DNA of 32,000 nucleotides, from positions 3,060,001-3,092,000 of the forward strand of contig NZ_CP011041.1 of assembly GCF_002310835.1 (NCBI RefSeq). Direction: 5' to 3'. A program made the position numbers and the translations under genes. A model generated the notes under the pieces. That model searched no databases and had not been told where the DNA came from. It saw only the letters and a list, made by a program, of their open reading frames with translations. Shown piece after piece: positions 18,069 to 26,432 of this stretch. Source of the stretch: Pseudoalteromonas tetraodonis (GTDB lineage: Bacteria > Pseudomonadota > Gammaproteobacteria > Enterobacterales > Alteromonadaceae). How positions within the stretch are numbered: position 1 is the first letter of the stretch; every line of letters starts with the position of its first letter.

Positions 18069-18608
18069 TTACCAAATAAGATCGTCTGGCACTTCAAAAT
18101 CAGCATACGGATCGTCTTCATCTTTGGCTTTATTTTCAGGCTCAACATGAAACACAATATACTTTTCATCCACCTCAGCCACTTTACGCGCAGGCTCATC
18201 TTCTAATACGTAAAACTGACCTTCTAACACACAAATAGCTAAACGCCCGCCCGAGAGCGCCTTTTGCGTTTGCTCATTCACATCAAGCCCTTTCACTTTA
18301 TTTTCATAAGTGAAGTTAAAGGTACGCTCACCGCGAATTGACTCTTGATTATGATGCTCTAAAATTTGCTTAACACGGGCGACTTGCTCGCGCTGCTTTA
18401 ATTCTTCTTGGCGCGCTTTATTGAGCTCTTCAGCTTTTTGCTGCTGCTCCAACTTAGTTTGCTGAATATGCTTTTGTAAATCGTTCGGGTTGCTCGTCGC
18501 TCCCTTCTTTTGCTTTTTCTGTTGCTTGCGCTTTTCTGATTTAGCAACTTTAGCTTTATGTGATGTTGTTAAACCAGCTTGGAGCAATTGCTCTTGTAGT
18601 GACCCCAT
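18069..18608 (-). CDS. yaiL: DUF2058 family protein (YaiL-like)
   Basis: ORF track 179 aa. The N-terminus is MGSLQEQLLQAGL, followed by a K/Q/E-rich charged region and a conserved C-terminal half ending in an acidic tail. Size and layout match E. coli YaiL. Confidence 0.7.
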   Translation of the reverse strand: MGSLQEQLLQAGLTTSHKAKVAKSEKRKQQKKQKKGATSNPNDLQKHIQQTKLEQQQKAEELNKARQEELKQREQVARVKQILEHHNQESIRGERTFNFTYENKVKGLDVNEQTQKALSGGRLAICVLEGQFYVLEDEPARKVAEVDEKYIVFHVEPENKAKDEDDPYADFEVPDDLIW

Positions 18609-18802
18609 GGCGTGTTCCCACTAAAAACGAATATTAATGCTATTTTAATCACCAACGAGCGTAAATAACAGCGCTATTGGTATTAATCTAACAAACTACT
18701 GAAAACAAAGCATGATTTAGCGCAATAAAGGTTAATTTATGAAAACCCTAGCAGTTTTGTATATAATGCAGCTCAACTAATAAGCAATGTATATGGCAGT
18801 TA

Positions 18803-19951
18803 ATGCGCTTACCTCACCTACTCATCTGTTCAGTTTTCATTTTTTTTGTTTTATACGCACCACAGCCATTATTAAGTTTATTTGCTACTGAATTTAATGT
18901 TGCTCCTGCTGTTGCAGGCAGCTTAATGACGGCCACTATGTTGCCTTTAGCTATTGCCCCTTTGGTGTATGGACTGTTTTTAGCTAAGCGAAACCCTTTA
19001 TTGATATTACGCTTCGCTATGTTGTTACTGGGTGTGGGTTGTATCTTATTTATTTATGCCCCGAGTTTTGAATTACTTCTACTGGTAAGGTTTTTACAAG
19101 GACTGACTTTACCTGCCGCATTGACTGCCATGACCAGCTTTATTGGTATGAGCTATCAAGCCGATACATTACAAAAAAATATGACGCTATATATAGGTAG
19201 TACGATTGTCGGTGGTTATTTTGGTCGTGTATTGGCTGCGCTCTTTAGCGATGTTTGGTCGTGGCAGAGTTTTTATTACCTAATAGCAGCCATGCTGATT
19301 ATTCTAGCGTTAAGTATTCCCCATAAACGTTTTAATCTCGTTAAATCAACCGAGGTTTTATCACCATTAGATTATATAAAACAACTTAAAGAGGGCTCTG
19401 CACTTAAGCTCTATGGTGCCATTTTTTGTATGTTTTTTTGCTTTGCAGCATTATTAAACTACTTGCCTTTTATTTTAAAAAATACCTTTTTAATTAATAA
19501 CACGCGCGACATTGGCTTTGTTTATAGTGGCTATTTGGTGGGTGCTTTGGCTTCTATTTTCACTCCTTGGCTATTAAAAAAAATGACTTCAGCCTGGCGA
19601 TTGTTGGCCGCGGTATTCGTGTTTTATAACCTCAGTATTGTGTTATTAATGAGTCATTCACTGTTGTTGTTTTTAATTGCATTCACACTCTTTTGCGGCG
19701 CTATGTTTGTGATTCATTCCACAGCGGCACCACTGGTTAATAAAATCAGTCACGCACCGCCAAGCGTTACCAACGGGTGCTATGTATCATTTTATTACAG
19801 CGGCGGCGCACTGGGCTCGTTATTACCAGGGGTGGTTTATCAAACTCATGGACAAACGGCGTTTATGGCAACATTACTCGCTGTATGTTTGTGTGGACTG
19901 GGGCTTATTTTGTGGGCTCAACGCGATGGCAAAAACATCACCCGCGGCTGA
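18803..19951 (+). CDS. MFS transporter (YnfM-like layout)
   Basis: ORF track 382 aa, about 12 hydrophobic helices. The early motif YAPQPLLSLFATEFNV resembles the YnfM-type MFS N-terminus. Confidence 0.75.
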   Translation: MRLPHLLICSVFIFFVLYAPQPLLSLFATEFNVAPAVAGSLMTATMLPLAIAPLVYGLFLAKRNPLLILRFAMLLLGVGCILFIYAPSFELLLLVRFLQGLTLPAALTAMTSFIGMSYQADTLQKNMTLYIGSTIVGGYFGRVLAALFSDVWSWQSFYYLIAAMLIILALSIPHKRFNLVKSTEVLSPLDYIKQLKEGSALKLYGAIFCMFFCFAALLNYLPFILKNTFLINNTRDIGFVYSGYLVGALASIFTPWLLKKMTSAWRLLAAVFVFYNLSIVLLMSHSLLLFLIAFTLFCGAMFVIHSTAAPLVNKISHAPPSVTNGCYVSFYYSGGALGSLLPGVVYQTHGQTAFMATLLAVCLCGLGLILWAQRDGKNITRG

Positions 19952-20418
19952 TGCTCAGTAAAGTCAAAAAAACGCAGTAAATCAGGCTTAGTTAATAACC
20001 ATGTTTGGGTATTTTCAAACGGGTGGCAATGAAATAAATCGCCAAACCAAATATCTTGATCAAGCCAAAGCGTTACATCACGCTGTTTGTCGTTCATTAA
20101 GCTGAGCATTGACACGCAACCCGGTGCAACCTTTAAGTACTTAGCCAAGCGCTCATTAGAGGCAAAGCCTAAGCGCGATAGCCCTTGCTGTTTGGCAAGT
20201 GACTTTAAATCCAACTGTTTATCATGCGCGGTGATCACTAAAAAATGACGCTTACCTTCATTGTCTCGCAAAAATAGGTTTTTTAAACGTGTTCCTGGGC
20301 GATTTACCATCAGTTCATCGGCATCTAAACTGCCATGTAGCGCTGGATGTTCTATTACGTCATATTCTATATTTAGTTGGGTTAACACTGCCGCTAGTTT
20401 TTGTTTATCCGCTAACAT
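19918..20418 (-). CDS. prolyl-tRNA synthetase-associated (YbaK/ProX-like) aminoacyl-tRNA deacylase domain protein
   Basis: ORF track 166 aa. The pattern ...NLFLRDNEGKRHFLVITAHDKQLDLKSLAK...GFASNERLAKYLKVAPGCVSMLSL...HCHP is typical of the INS/YbaK superfamily stand-alone proteins. Confidence 0.7.
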   Translation of the reverse strand: MLADKQKLAAVLTQLNIEYDVIEHPALHGSLDADELMVNRPGTRLKNLFLRDNEGKRHFLVITAHDKQLDLKSLAKQQGLSRLGFASNERLAKYLKVAPGCVSMLSLMNDKQRDVTLWLDQDIWFGDLFHCHPFENTQTWLLTKPDLLRFFDFTEHQPRVMFLPSR

Positions 20419-20419
20419 A

Positions 20420-20806
20420 TTACAAACAACGCCCTCTTAATTGCACACTTAAATCACGCCATAGTACTTCGTTTATTTCATGCTTATCTGCACAATAGTT
20501 ACGCTGTGCTAGTTCTTTATTAAGAAACTCTACCGCTTGATCTTCTAATTGTAATTTTAAAACACTCGACTCTTCAAAATGCTCTTGCTCAGCAAAACGC
20601 TGAACATCACTGCGGGTTAGTTTTTTATTAATATTAATTTGCTCACGACTTTTAGCCTTTACAGAAACCACATAAGCAAAAAGCTTGTTACCTTGCTCAT
20701 CAAGGGTGTCATAAAATTGTTTATTATTAATTTCGTAGGGCGGTTCATCTACTGAACTGGCACAACCAAAAAGGAAAATCATGAAAACTAACGCGTATTT
20801 TTTCAT
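20420..20806 (-). CDS. small lipoprotein of unknown function
   Basis: ORF track 128 aa. The signal peptide plus lipobox is FLFGCASS. Its stop (TAA at 20420..20422) lies 1 nt before the downstream ATG at 20418. Confidence 0.55.
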   Translation of the reverse strand: MKKYALVFMIFLFGCASSVDEPPYEINNKQFYDTLDEQGNKLFAYVVSVKAKSREQININKKLTRSDVQRFAEQEHFEESSVLKLQLEDQAVEFLNKELAQRNYCADKHEINEVLWRDLSVQLRGRCL

Positions 20807-20885
20807 TATGTATTGTCGTTTTAGTAAATATTGAGCTCGAGTTTAACAAAAATTAGTTAAAACGGAAAAATTTGTGAAAAAATAC

Positions 20886-20914
20886 TTGACCAAAATCGTA
20901 AAAATATTTAAAGT
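20886..20914 (+). promoter_or_regulatory. candidate sigma70 promoter for tRNA-Ala with GC-rich discriminator
   Basis: The elements are TTGACC (20886..20891), a 17-nt spacer and TAAAGT (20909..20914). They are followed by TCACCCCGC, a stringent-type discriminator, about 50 nt upstream of the mature tRNA 5' end. Confidence 0.5.
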
Positions 20915-20970
20915 TCACCCCGCTTGAGACTCAGCACTTAAGCATTTACATTGTATGTAAATTAGGAATG

Positions 20971-21046
20971 TGGGGCTATAGCTCAGCTGGGAGAGCGCCT
21001 GCCTTGCACGCAGGAGGTCAGCAGTTCGATCCTGCTTAGCTCCACC
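20971..21046 (+). tRNA. tRNA-Ala (anticodon UGC), CCA encoded
   Basis: I folded the cloverleaf by eye. The acceptor stem is GGGGCTA/TAGCTCC with the G3-U70 alanine identity pair. The D arm is GCTC-AGCTGGGA-GAGC. The anticodon stem CCTGC/GCAGG carries loop CTTGCAC. The T arm is AGCAG-TTCGATC-CTGCT, followed by ACCA. Confidence 0.95.
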
Positions 21047-21178
21047 ACTTTCCTACTCTCTCCCCTAAGTAATATCCTTATTTTTATATTCTAAATAAAT
21101 TTCTCTGTTGATAATTTTTGCCCTGTTTTAATCTTTATGTTTGCTTAGTTGTTTGATTTTGCTAAATCGAGATCAAAA

Positions 21179-21206
21179 ATGCCGAGCAAAAGCCCGGCAT
21201 TTTTAT
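21179..21206. terminator. bidirectional terminator shared by tRNA-Ala (+) and proA (-)
   Basis: The hairpin is ATGCCG(A)GC-AAAA-GC(C)CGGCAT. It has a T-run on the plus strand and a T-run on the minus strand (the A5 run at 21175..21179). Confidence 0.7.
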
Positions 21207-21226
21207 CGTTTATTAGGTTGGGTAAG

Positions 21227-22474
21227 TTATTCGCGAACTTGACCAACACCATTAACTAAATATTTCTCAGTTGTTAGTGACTCAAGCCCCATTGGACCAT
21301 AAGCATGCAACTTAGTCGTTGCAATACCAATCTCGGCGCCTAAACCTAGTTGTGAGCCATCAGAGAAACGTGATGACGCATTAACCATAACAACCGATGC
21401 ATCCACACTACGTTGGAATAACTCTGCCGCAGCATCGTTTTTAGTACAGATAACTTCGGTATGATTTGAGCCAAATTGAGCAATGTGCTCAACGGCTGCA
21501 TCAAAGCTTGGCACTATACGAATAGCAATTTCTAAATCTAAATATTCTTCACCAAATTCGTTATCTGCAAGCACAGTGGCATTATCAAAATACTCAGCCG
21601 CTTTGGCATCGGCATTTATTTTTACGCCTTCTTGGCGAAGCACTACCGCGCACAGGTTTAAAAACTCATCAGCAACATCTTGGTGTACTACTAACCCTTC
21701 TAAGGCATTACATACGCCAGTACGTTGAGTTTTACCGTTAAGTAGTAGATTAAGTGCCACTTCTAAGTCTGCATCTTTATCTACGTATAAATGACACACG
21801 CCTTTAAAGTGCTGAATAACAGGAATTGTACTGTTTTCTGTTACATAGTTAATAAGCCCTTCACCGCCCCGTGGGATAATTAAATCAATACTGTCGCGTT
21901 GCTGCATTAATTCCATTAGTAAAGCACGGTCAGGATCTGGAATAACTGAAATTAGCGCCGTTGGCAAACCATGTTTAGTAAGCACGCTGTGCATTACACT
22001 AGCAATGGCTTGTGAGCTTTTAAGCGCTTCTTTACCACCGCGCAAAATAACACCATTACCCGACTTAAAGCACAATGCACCCGCGTCAGCCGTTACATTA
22101 GGTCGTGCTTCGTAAATCATACATACCACGCCCAGTGGTACACGCATTTTTCGAATTTTAATGCCATTTGGACGTTCAGTGATATCACGTAACTGGCCAA
22201 CCGGATCATCAAGTGAAACAATCACTTCGATACCTTCAGCCATCGCTTCAATGCGCTCATCATTCAATGTTAAACGGTCTATCATTGACGCTGCTAAATT
22301 ATTGTCACGCGCAGCGCTTAGGTCACTTTCGTTTTCTTTGATTATAAATTCTTTTTGATCTCTTAATGCCGCTGCCATATCGGTTAACACGTTGTTTTTA
22401 GTCTCGGTATTGAGTAAAGCAAGTGTATGTGCAGCTTTTGCTGCTTGGCGTGATATATCCGTAATTAAACTCAT
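21227..22474 (-). CDS. proA: glutamate-5-semialdehyde dehydrogenase
   Basis: ORF track 415 aa. It shows typical ProA sequence (...VIYEARPNVT..., ...RTGVCNALE... catalytic Cys context, ...HTEVICT...). There is an ATGA overlap with proB. Confidence 0.95.
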   Translation of the reverse strand: MSLITDISRQAAKAAHTLALLNTETKNNVLTDMAAALRDQKEFIIKENESDLSAARDNNLAASMIDRLTLNDERIEAMAEGIEVIVSLDDPVGQLRDITERPNGIKIRKMRVPLGVVCMIYEARPNVTADAGALCFKSGNGVILRGGKEALKSSQAIASVMHSVLTKHGLPTALISVIPDPDRALLMELMQQRDSIDLIIPRGGEGLINYVTENSTIPVIQHFKGVCHLYVDKDADLEVALNLLLNGKTQRTGVCNALEGLVVHQDVADEFLNLCAVVLRQEGVKINADAKAAEYFDNATVLADNEFGEEYLDLEIAIRIVPSFDAAVEHIAQFGSNHTEVICTKNDAAAELFQRSVDASVVMVNASSRFSDGSQLGLGAEIGIATTKLHAYGPMGLESLTTEKYLVNGVGQVRE

Positions 22475-23577
22475 GACTTCTCCAATAATGCGATATCTTT
22501 TTCTGAAATAATTGGTCCAATTGAATCCTGCATTTTTTCGCTGAATTCACTCTGCTCGTTGTCTGCAATAAAGTTTAACAAGCAGCTACTGTAATTTGCT
22601 GTGGCTTTAGCTAAACGCGTACCATCTTCACTGCGAACTAAGATAGTATCGCCCACAGCAAACTCGCCATGTACTTCCTTGATCTCATCGCCTCGTAAAC
22701 AGCCGTCTTCGCCTTCTAGTGAATCATCAAATGACCCATCGACAACCACTTCACCTTGTTCATTTGCGGTATGTGTCATCCAGTGAATAGAGTCTTGCAT
22801 TGGTTTTTCATAAGGCAAGAACACACTACCTGGATTTTCGCCCGCTAATAAACGAGTAAAGGTTTCTTCTTTAAAGCCGTTAATAATATACGTTGCAATA
22901 CCATGTGATGTGGCTTTTTCTGCCGCTTCAATCTTGGTTTTCATACCACCGGTGCCTACTGCACTGGTAGCACATCCTGCCATAGCATAAATAGAATCAT
23001 CAATTGATTTTATTTCAGGCAATAATACGGCATCGTCATGCAAATTTGGGTTTTTGTCGTACAGCCCATCTACATCTGAAAAAATCATTAATGCGTCAGC
23101 GTCAGCGGCAGCTGCCACCATAGCTGATAAGTTATCGTTATCACCCACTTTTAAATCATCTGTTGTCACCGCATCATTTTCATTAATGATAGGTAGCACG
23201 CCGTGTTCTAACAAGGTAAATACAGTTTCACGAATACTTTGATAGCGCTCACGGTCACGTAGGTCACCATGAGTTAATAGTAGCTGCGCCGAAGGAAAAT
23301 CAAAGAAACGATCCCACATGGCCATCATTTCTGTTTGCCCTGCTGCTGCCATGGCTTTTTTCATAACAACTGAGCGCGGCTTCTCTGATGGAAATAAATG
23401 CGAGCCTGCCGCTACAGAGCCTGATGACACTAAAATAACCTCTATACCACGTGCGCGACAGTGAACGATAAACTGTGCGATGGTTAACAAGTAGCGTGAA
23501 CGACAGCCATCTTGATCGGGTGCAATTAAGGCACTGCCCACTTTAAGTACGATACGTCGCCAATTTAACTTTTGCAT
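22471..23577 (-). CDS. proB: glutamate 5-kinase (with C-terminal PUA domain)
   Basis: ORF track 368 aa. It carries RIVLKVGSALI, VSSGSVAAG, GDNDNLSA and GTGGMKTK motifs. The C-terminal PUA-like segment includes GDTILVRSEDGTRLAKATANYSS. Confidence 0.95.
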   Translation of the reverse strand: MQKLNWRRIVLKVGSALIAPDQDGCRSRYLLTIAQFIVHCRARGIEVILVSSGSVAAGSHLFPSEKPRSVVMKKAMAAAGQTEMMAMWDRFFDFPSAQLLLTHGDLRDRERYQSIRETVFTLLEHGVLPIINENDAVTTDDLKVGDNDNLSAMVAAAADADALMIFSDVDGLYDKNPNLHDDAVLLPEIKSIDDSIYAMAGCATSAVGTGGMKTKIEAAEKATSHGIATYIINGFKEETFTRLLAGENPGSVFLPYEKPMQDSIHWMTHTANEQGEVVVDGSFDDSLEGEDGCLRGDEIKEVHGEFAVGDTILVRSEDGTRLAKATANYSSCLLNFIADNEQSEFSEKMQDSIGPIISEKDIALLEKS

Positions 23578-24439
23578 AAATGCTCAACTTTCCATTTTAT
23601 TTGTATTCATCACACTGATGAATGAAACCAGGTCGCTATGTTTAAAACATAACGTCGAATTTGTTTATCATTGCCCACACTTTTTTTACACACGCGTACA
23701 CCGTCTCTAAAACCATTGTTTTAAATTGAGATGCAAAAAATAAATAGTATTAACCCAATAAAATTGGATTGTACTAACTAAAAAAATATAAAGTGTTGTT
23801 TATGTATCGCTGTAAAAAGCTGTGTGCGGCTTTTTTATTAACAACATACATAGAGCCTCTTAAGTCTGGTACACCAACAGATAGGGTGATGACTTAAGGA
23901 CCGAGATTTAACCGCCACGATGGGGATTAAATATTGAAAGGTAATAATTCAACTCAAACTTTAATTTATATGCGTTAAGCAAATAAACACCTTGAGCAAA
24001 ACTATACCAAAGAGTTCGGTAAATGATATTTTATGTTCGAACATTATAAAACATCGCTGAAACAATCACTAAGAGAGTTAAGATGTTTATATCTAACACG
24101 TTTACTTACTTAAACAACAAACTTTATTAGATAACTAATTATTCGAACACGAAGTATAATACGTTAAAATAGCCGCTTAGATCAAGGCTAAAATTAAAGC
24201 TAAATAGGTGATAACAGACAAGGCATGCACATTTTGCAATAGATATCATAAAGTTAGACTACTATAAATGGTAATTATAGAGACTATAACTTTGATAACA
24301 CTCTCACAAAAGACGTTAACACTAAATAAATAAACATTATTTATTAGCTAAATTTAATTTACACGTGTATACCCACTGTATTACTGGTTGGTAACCGTTA
24401 TACTTTTAAACATTATTAAAATTAAGGAGTTTTTACTCT

Positions 24440-26299
24440 ATGTCAGCAATTTATATAGCCGGTATTGCACTGTGTTCAGTGTTAGCCCAATGGGTCGCTT
24501 GGGCGTTTAGAGTACCCGCTATTCTGTTTTTATTGCTTACAGGGCTTTTATTAGGGCCATTTAGTGGCGTATTAGACCCTGATGCATTATTAGGTGATTT
24601 ACTTTTTCCTGTGGTCTCTTTGAGTGTCGCTGTGATTTTATTTGAAGGGTCCTTAACTTTACATTTTCGAGAACTTAAAGGGATCAGTAAAGTCGTCAGA
24701 AACCTCTGCTCTATTGGTATGCTTACAACTTGTATTGTTATTAGTTTTAGCGCCTATTGGTTACTCGAGTTAAATTGGCGAGTTGCTGCAGTACTTGGCG
24801 CAGTGCTTGTTGTTACGGGGCCAACCGTTATTGCTCCATTACTTAACTCGATGCGACCTACCCAGGATATCGATCGTATTTTACGCTGGGAAGGCATAGT
24901 AATAGACCCCATTGGCGCTTTATTTGCAGTACTAGTGTTTGAAGCCGTAATGCTGGTTGGTCAGGGTGAAGTACTTAGCCATACTATCGTTGCACTGGTT
25001 AAAACCGTTGGCGTTGGTTTAAGCATTGGTGTGGTTTCGGGTTGGATCACGACGCAACTAATGCGCCGAGAATGGCTGCCATTTGAGCTACATAAGTTTG
25101 GTATTTTAGCGTTAGTGTTAATTAGCTTTTCTATTTCAAACCACATAAGCCATGAGTCAGGCTTACTGGCTGTGACGGTGTTTGGCATTTGGTTAGCTAA
25201 TCAAGATGACTTGGAAATAGATTCGGTACTCGAGTTTAAAGAAGATTTGTCGATGATTTTAATCTCGACTTTATTTATTTTATTGGCCGCAAGACTACAA
25301 CTCTCTGATTTAATGATGCTCGACAGCGACGTATTTATATTTTTAGCTATTGTGCTATTTATTGCGCGCCCATTGTGTATTGCTATTTCAACCTTTGGTA
25401 CAGACTTACCGATGAAATCACGCCTAGTACTTGCTTGGATTGCACCTCGCGGTATTGTTGCAGCAGCCGTTGGTTCAGTATTTGCGCTGAGTATGATGGA
25501 AGCGGGAGTAGCCGATGCCGAAAAAATGGTGCCACTCATATTTACTGTTATTATTGTTACTGTGGTACTGCAAAGCTTAACGGCTATCCCTGTTGCGAAA
25601 CTACTTGGAGTGCGTCAACCATCCCCTAATACTATTTTAATCATTGGTGCAAACCATGTATCGCGTGCAATTGCACGTGGCTTAAAAGAGCAAAATATTC
25701 CTGTTCATCTATCAGATCCTGCTTGGGAGAACTGTAGAATGGCGCGCATGGATGGCCTTCCTTGTTATTACGGTAACCCGCAATCGGAGCATGCTGAACG
25801 TTATTTACCTTTAACCACGATTCGCAGTGTTTTAGCGCTTTCACCTAATCGCCACCACAACGCATTAGGGGTGCAGTACTTCTCTCATTTATTAAATGAA
25901 AAAAATGTATTTTCACTACGTTCCTCTTCATCACATGCTAAAGCAAATAAAGACAGTGCGACGTTTTTATCACGACAAATTCTGTTTGGTGAAAACGGCG
26001 CATATGCACGCTTAAGCAGTGTTATTGCCAAAGGCGGTAAAGTGAGTGCAACACGTATATCTGAAGAGTTTAGCTGGCAGCAGTATTTAGAAATGAATCC
26101 TGAAGCGATCCCACTGTTTATTCTCAAAGGGGATAAAGACAGTGATGAAGACGCACCAGTGAAAATGAGGCCTTTTACCAGTGATATGGAAAAGCCACCA
26201 CAAGAGGGTGAACGAGTAGTTGCATTGCAACCGCCTAAAATATCGCTATTAAAAGATCCGGCCAATAACAAAGCCAAAGACAATAAAAAAGATGAGTAA
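24440..26299 (+). CDS. CPA1-family cation(Na+/K+):proton antiporter with C-terminal cytoplasmic regulatory-type extension
   Basis: ORF track 619 aa. About 390 aa form a polytopic membrane domain (LFEGSL, ...TGPTVI..PLL..., AWIAPRGIVAAAV, typical of Na+/H+ exchanger folds). About 230 soluble residues follow, ending in a K/D/E-rich tail. AGGAG lies upstream of the ATG. Confidence 0.8.
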   Translation: MSAIYIAGIALCSVLAQWVAWAFRVPAILFLLLTGLLLGPFSGVLDPDALLGDLLFPVVSLSVAVILFEGSLTLHFRELKGISKVVRNLCSIGMLTTCIVISFSAYWLLELNWRVAAVLGAVLVVTGPTVIAPLLNSMRPTQDIDRILRWEGIVIDPIGALFAVLVFEAVMLVGQGEVLSHTIVALVKTVGVGLSIGVVSGWITTQLMRREWLPFELHKFGILALVLISFSISNHISHESGLLAVTVFGIWLANQDDLEIDSVLEFKEDLSMILISTLFILLAARLQLSDLMMLDSDVFIFLAIVLFIARPLCIAISTFGTDLPMKSRLVLAWIAPRGIVAAAVGSVFALSMMEAGVADAEKMVPLIFTVIIVTVVLQSLTAIPVAKLLGVRQPSPNTILIIGANHVSRAIARGLKEQNIPVHLSDPAWENCRMARMDGLPCYYGNPQSEHAERYLPLTTIRSVLALSPNRHHNALGVQYFSHLLNEKNVFSLRSSSSHAKANKDSATFLSRQILFGENGAYARLSSVIAKGGKVSATRISEEFSWQQYLEMNPEAIPLFILKGDKDSDEDAPVKMRPFTSDMEKPPQEGERVVALQPPKISLLKDPANNKAKDNKKDE

Positions 26300-26311
26300 T
26301 AACTAAAAAGC

Positions 26312-26347
26312 GAGAGTGCTAAAAAAAGCACTCTCACTTTTTTATTT
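26312..26347 (+). terminator. rho-independent terminator after the antiporter gene
   Basis: A 9-bp stem, GAGAGTGCT / AGCACTCTC, has an A6 loop and is followed by ACTTTTTTATTT. Confidence 0.85.
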
Positions 26348-26432
26348 ACAAACCTAAACTCTGATTAAGAGATTTACTAACATATTAAATCATAGTCATA
26401 ATTAGGTTTATTTTCTCTAGCTAGAGTTTAGG

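Noticed and set aside
18740-18781. 13-codon upstream ORF (MKTLAVLYIMQLN) with AAGG upstream, in frame with and 21 nt before the MFS gene
   Set aside because: A good TATAAT (18763..18768) lies inside it, so it may lie upstream of the real transcription start. I see no attenuator structure and cannot test conservation.
20910-20922. Exact 13-mer AAAGTTCACCCCG shared by the tRNA-Ala promoter region and the purA-hflC intergenic region (28562..28574)
   Set aside because: Several exact 13-mer coincidences are expected by chance in 32 kb of AT-rich sequence. The second copy also lacks a suitably spaced -35 element.
21047-21226. Possible genomic-island junction downstream of tRNA-Ala
   Set aside because: There is no integrase and no direct repeat of the tRNA 3' end. 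The next genes are core proBA, so the spacer is just a terminator region.
23802-23897. 31-codon ORF (MYRCKKLCAAFLLTTYIEPLKSGTPTDRVMT) in the long intergenic region
   Set aside because: It has no Shine-Dalgarno sequence, and it spans the hairpins noted there. A short ORF of this length is expected by chance.
25885-26337. 150-aa minus-strand ORF with a hydrophobic, signal-peptide-like N-terminus overlapping the antiporter 3' end
   Set aside because: Its start sits inside the antiporter terminator hairpin. Its hydrophobic N-terminus is simply the antisense of the K/D/E-rich antiporter tail, and it has no RBS.
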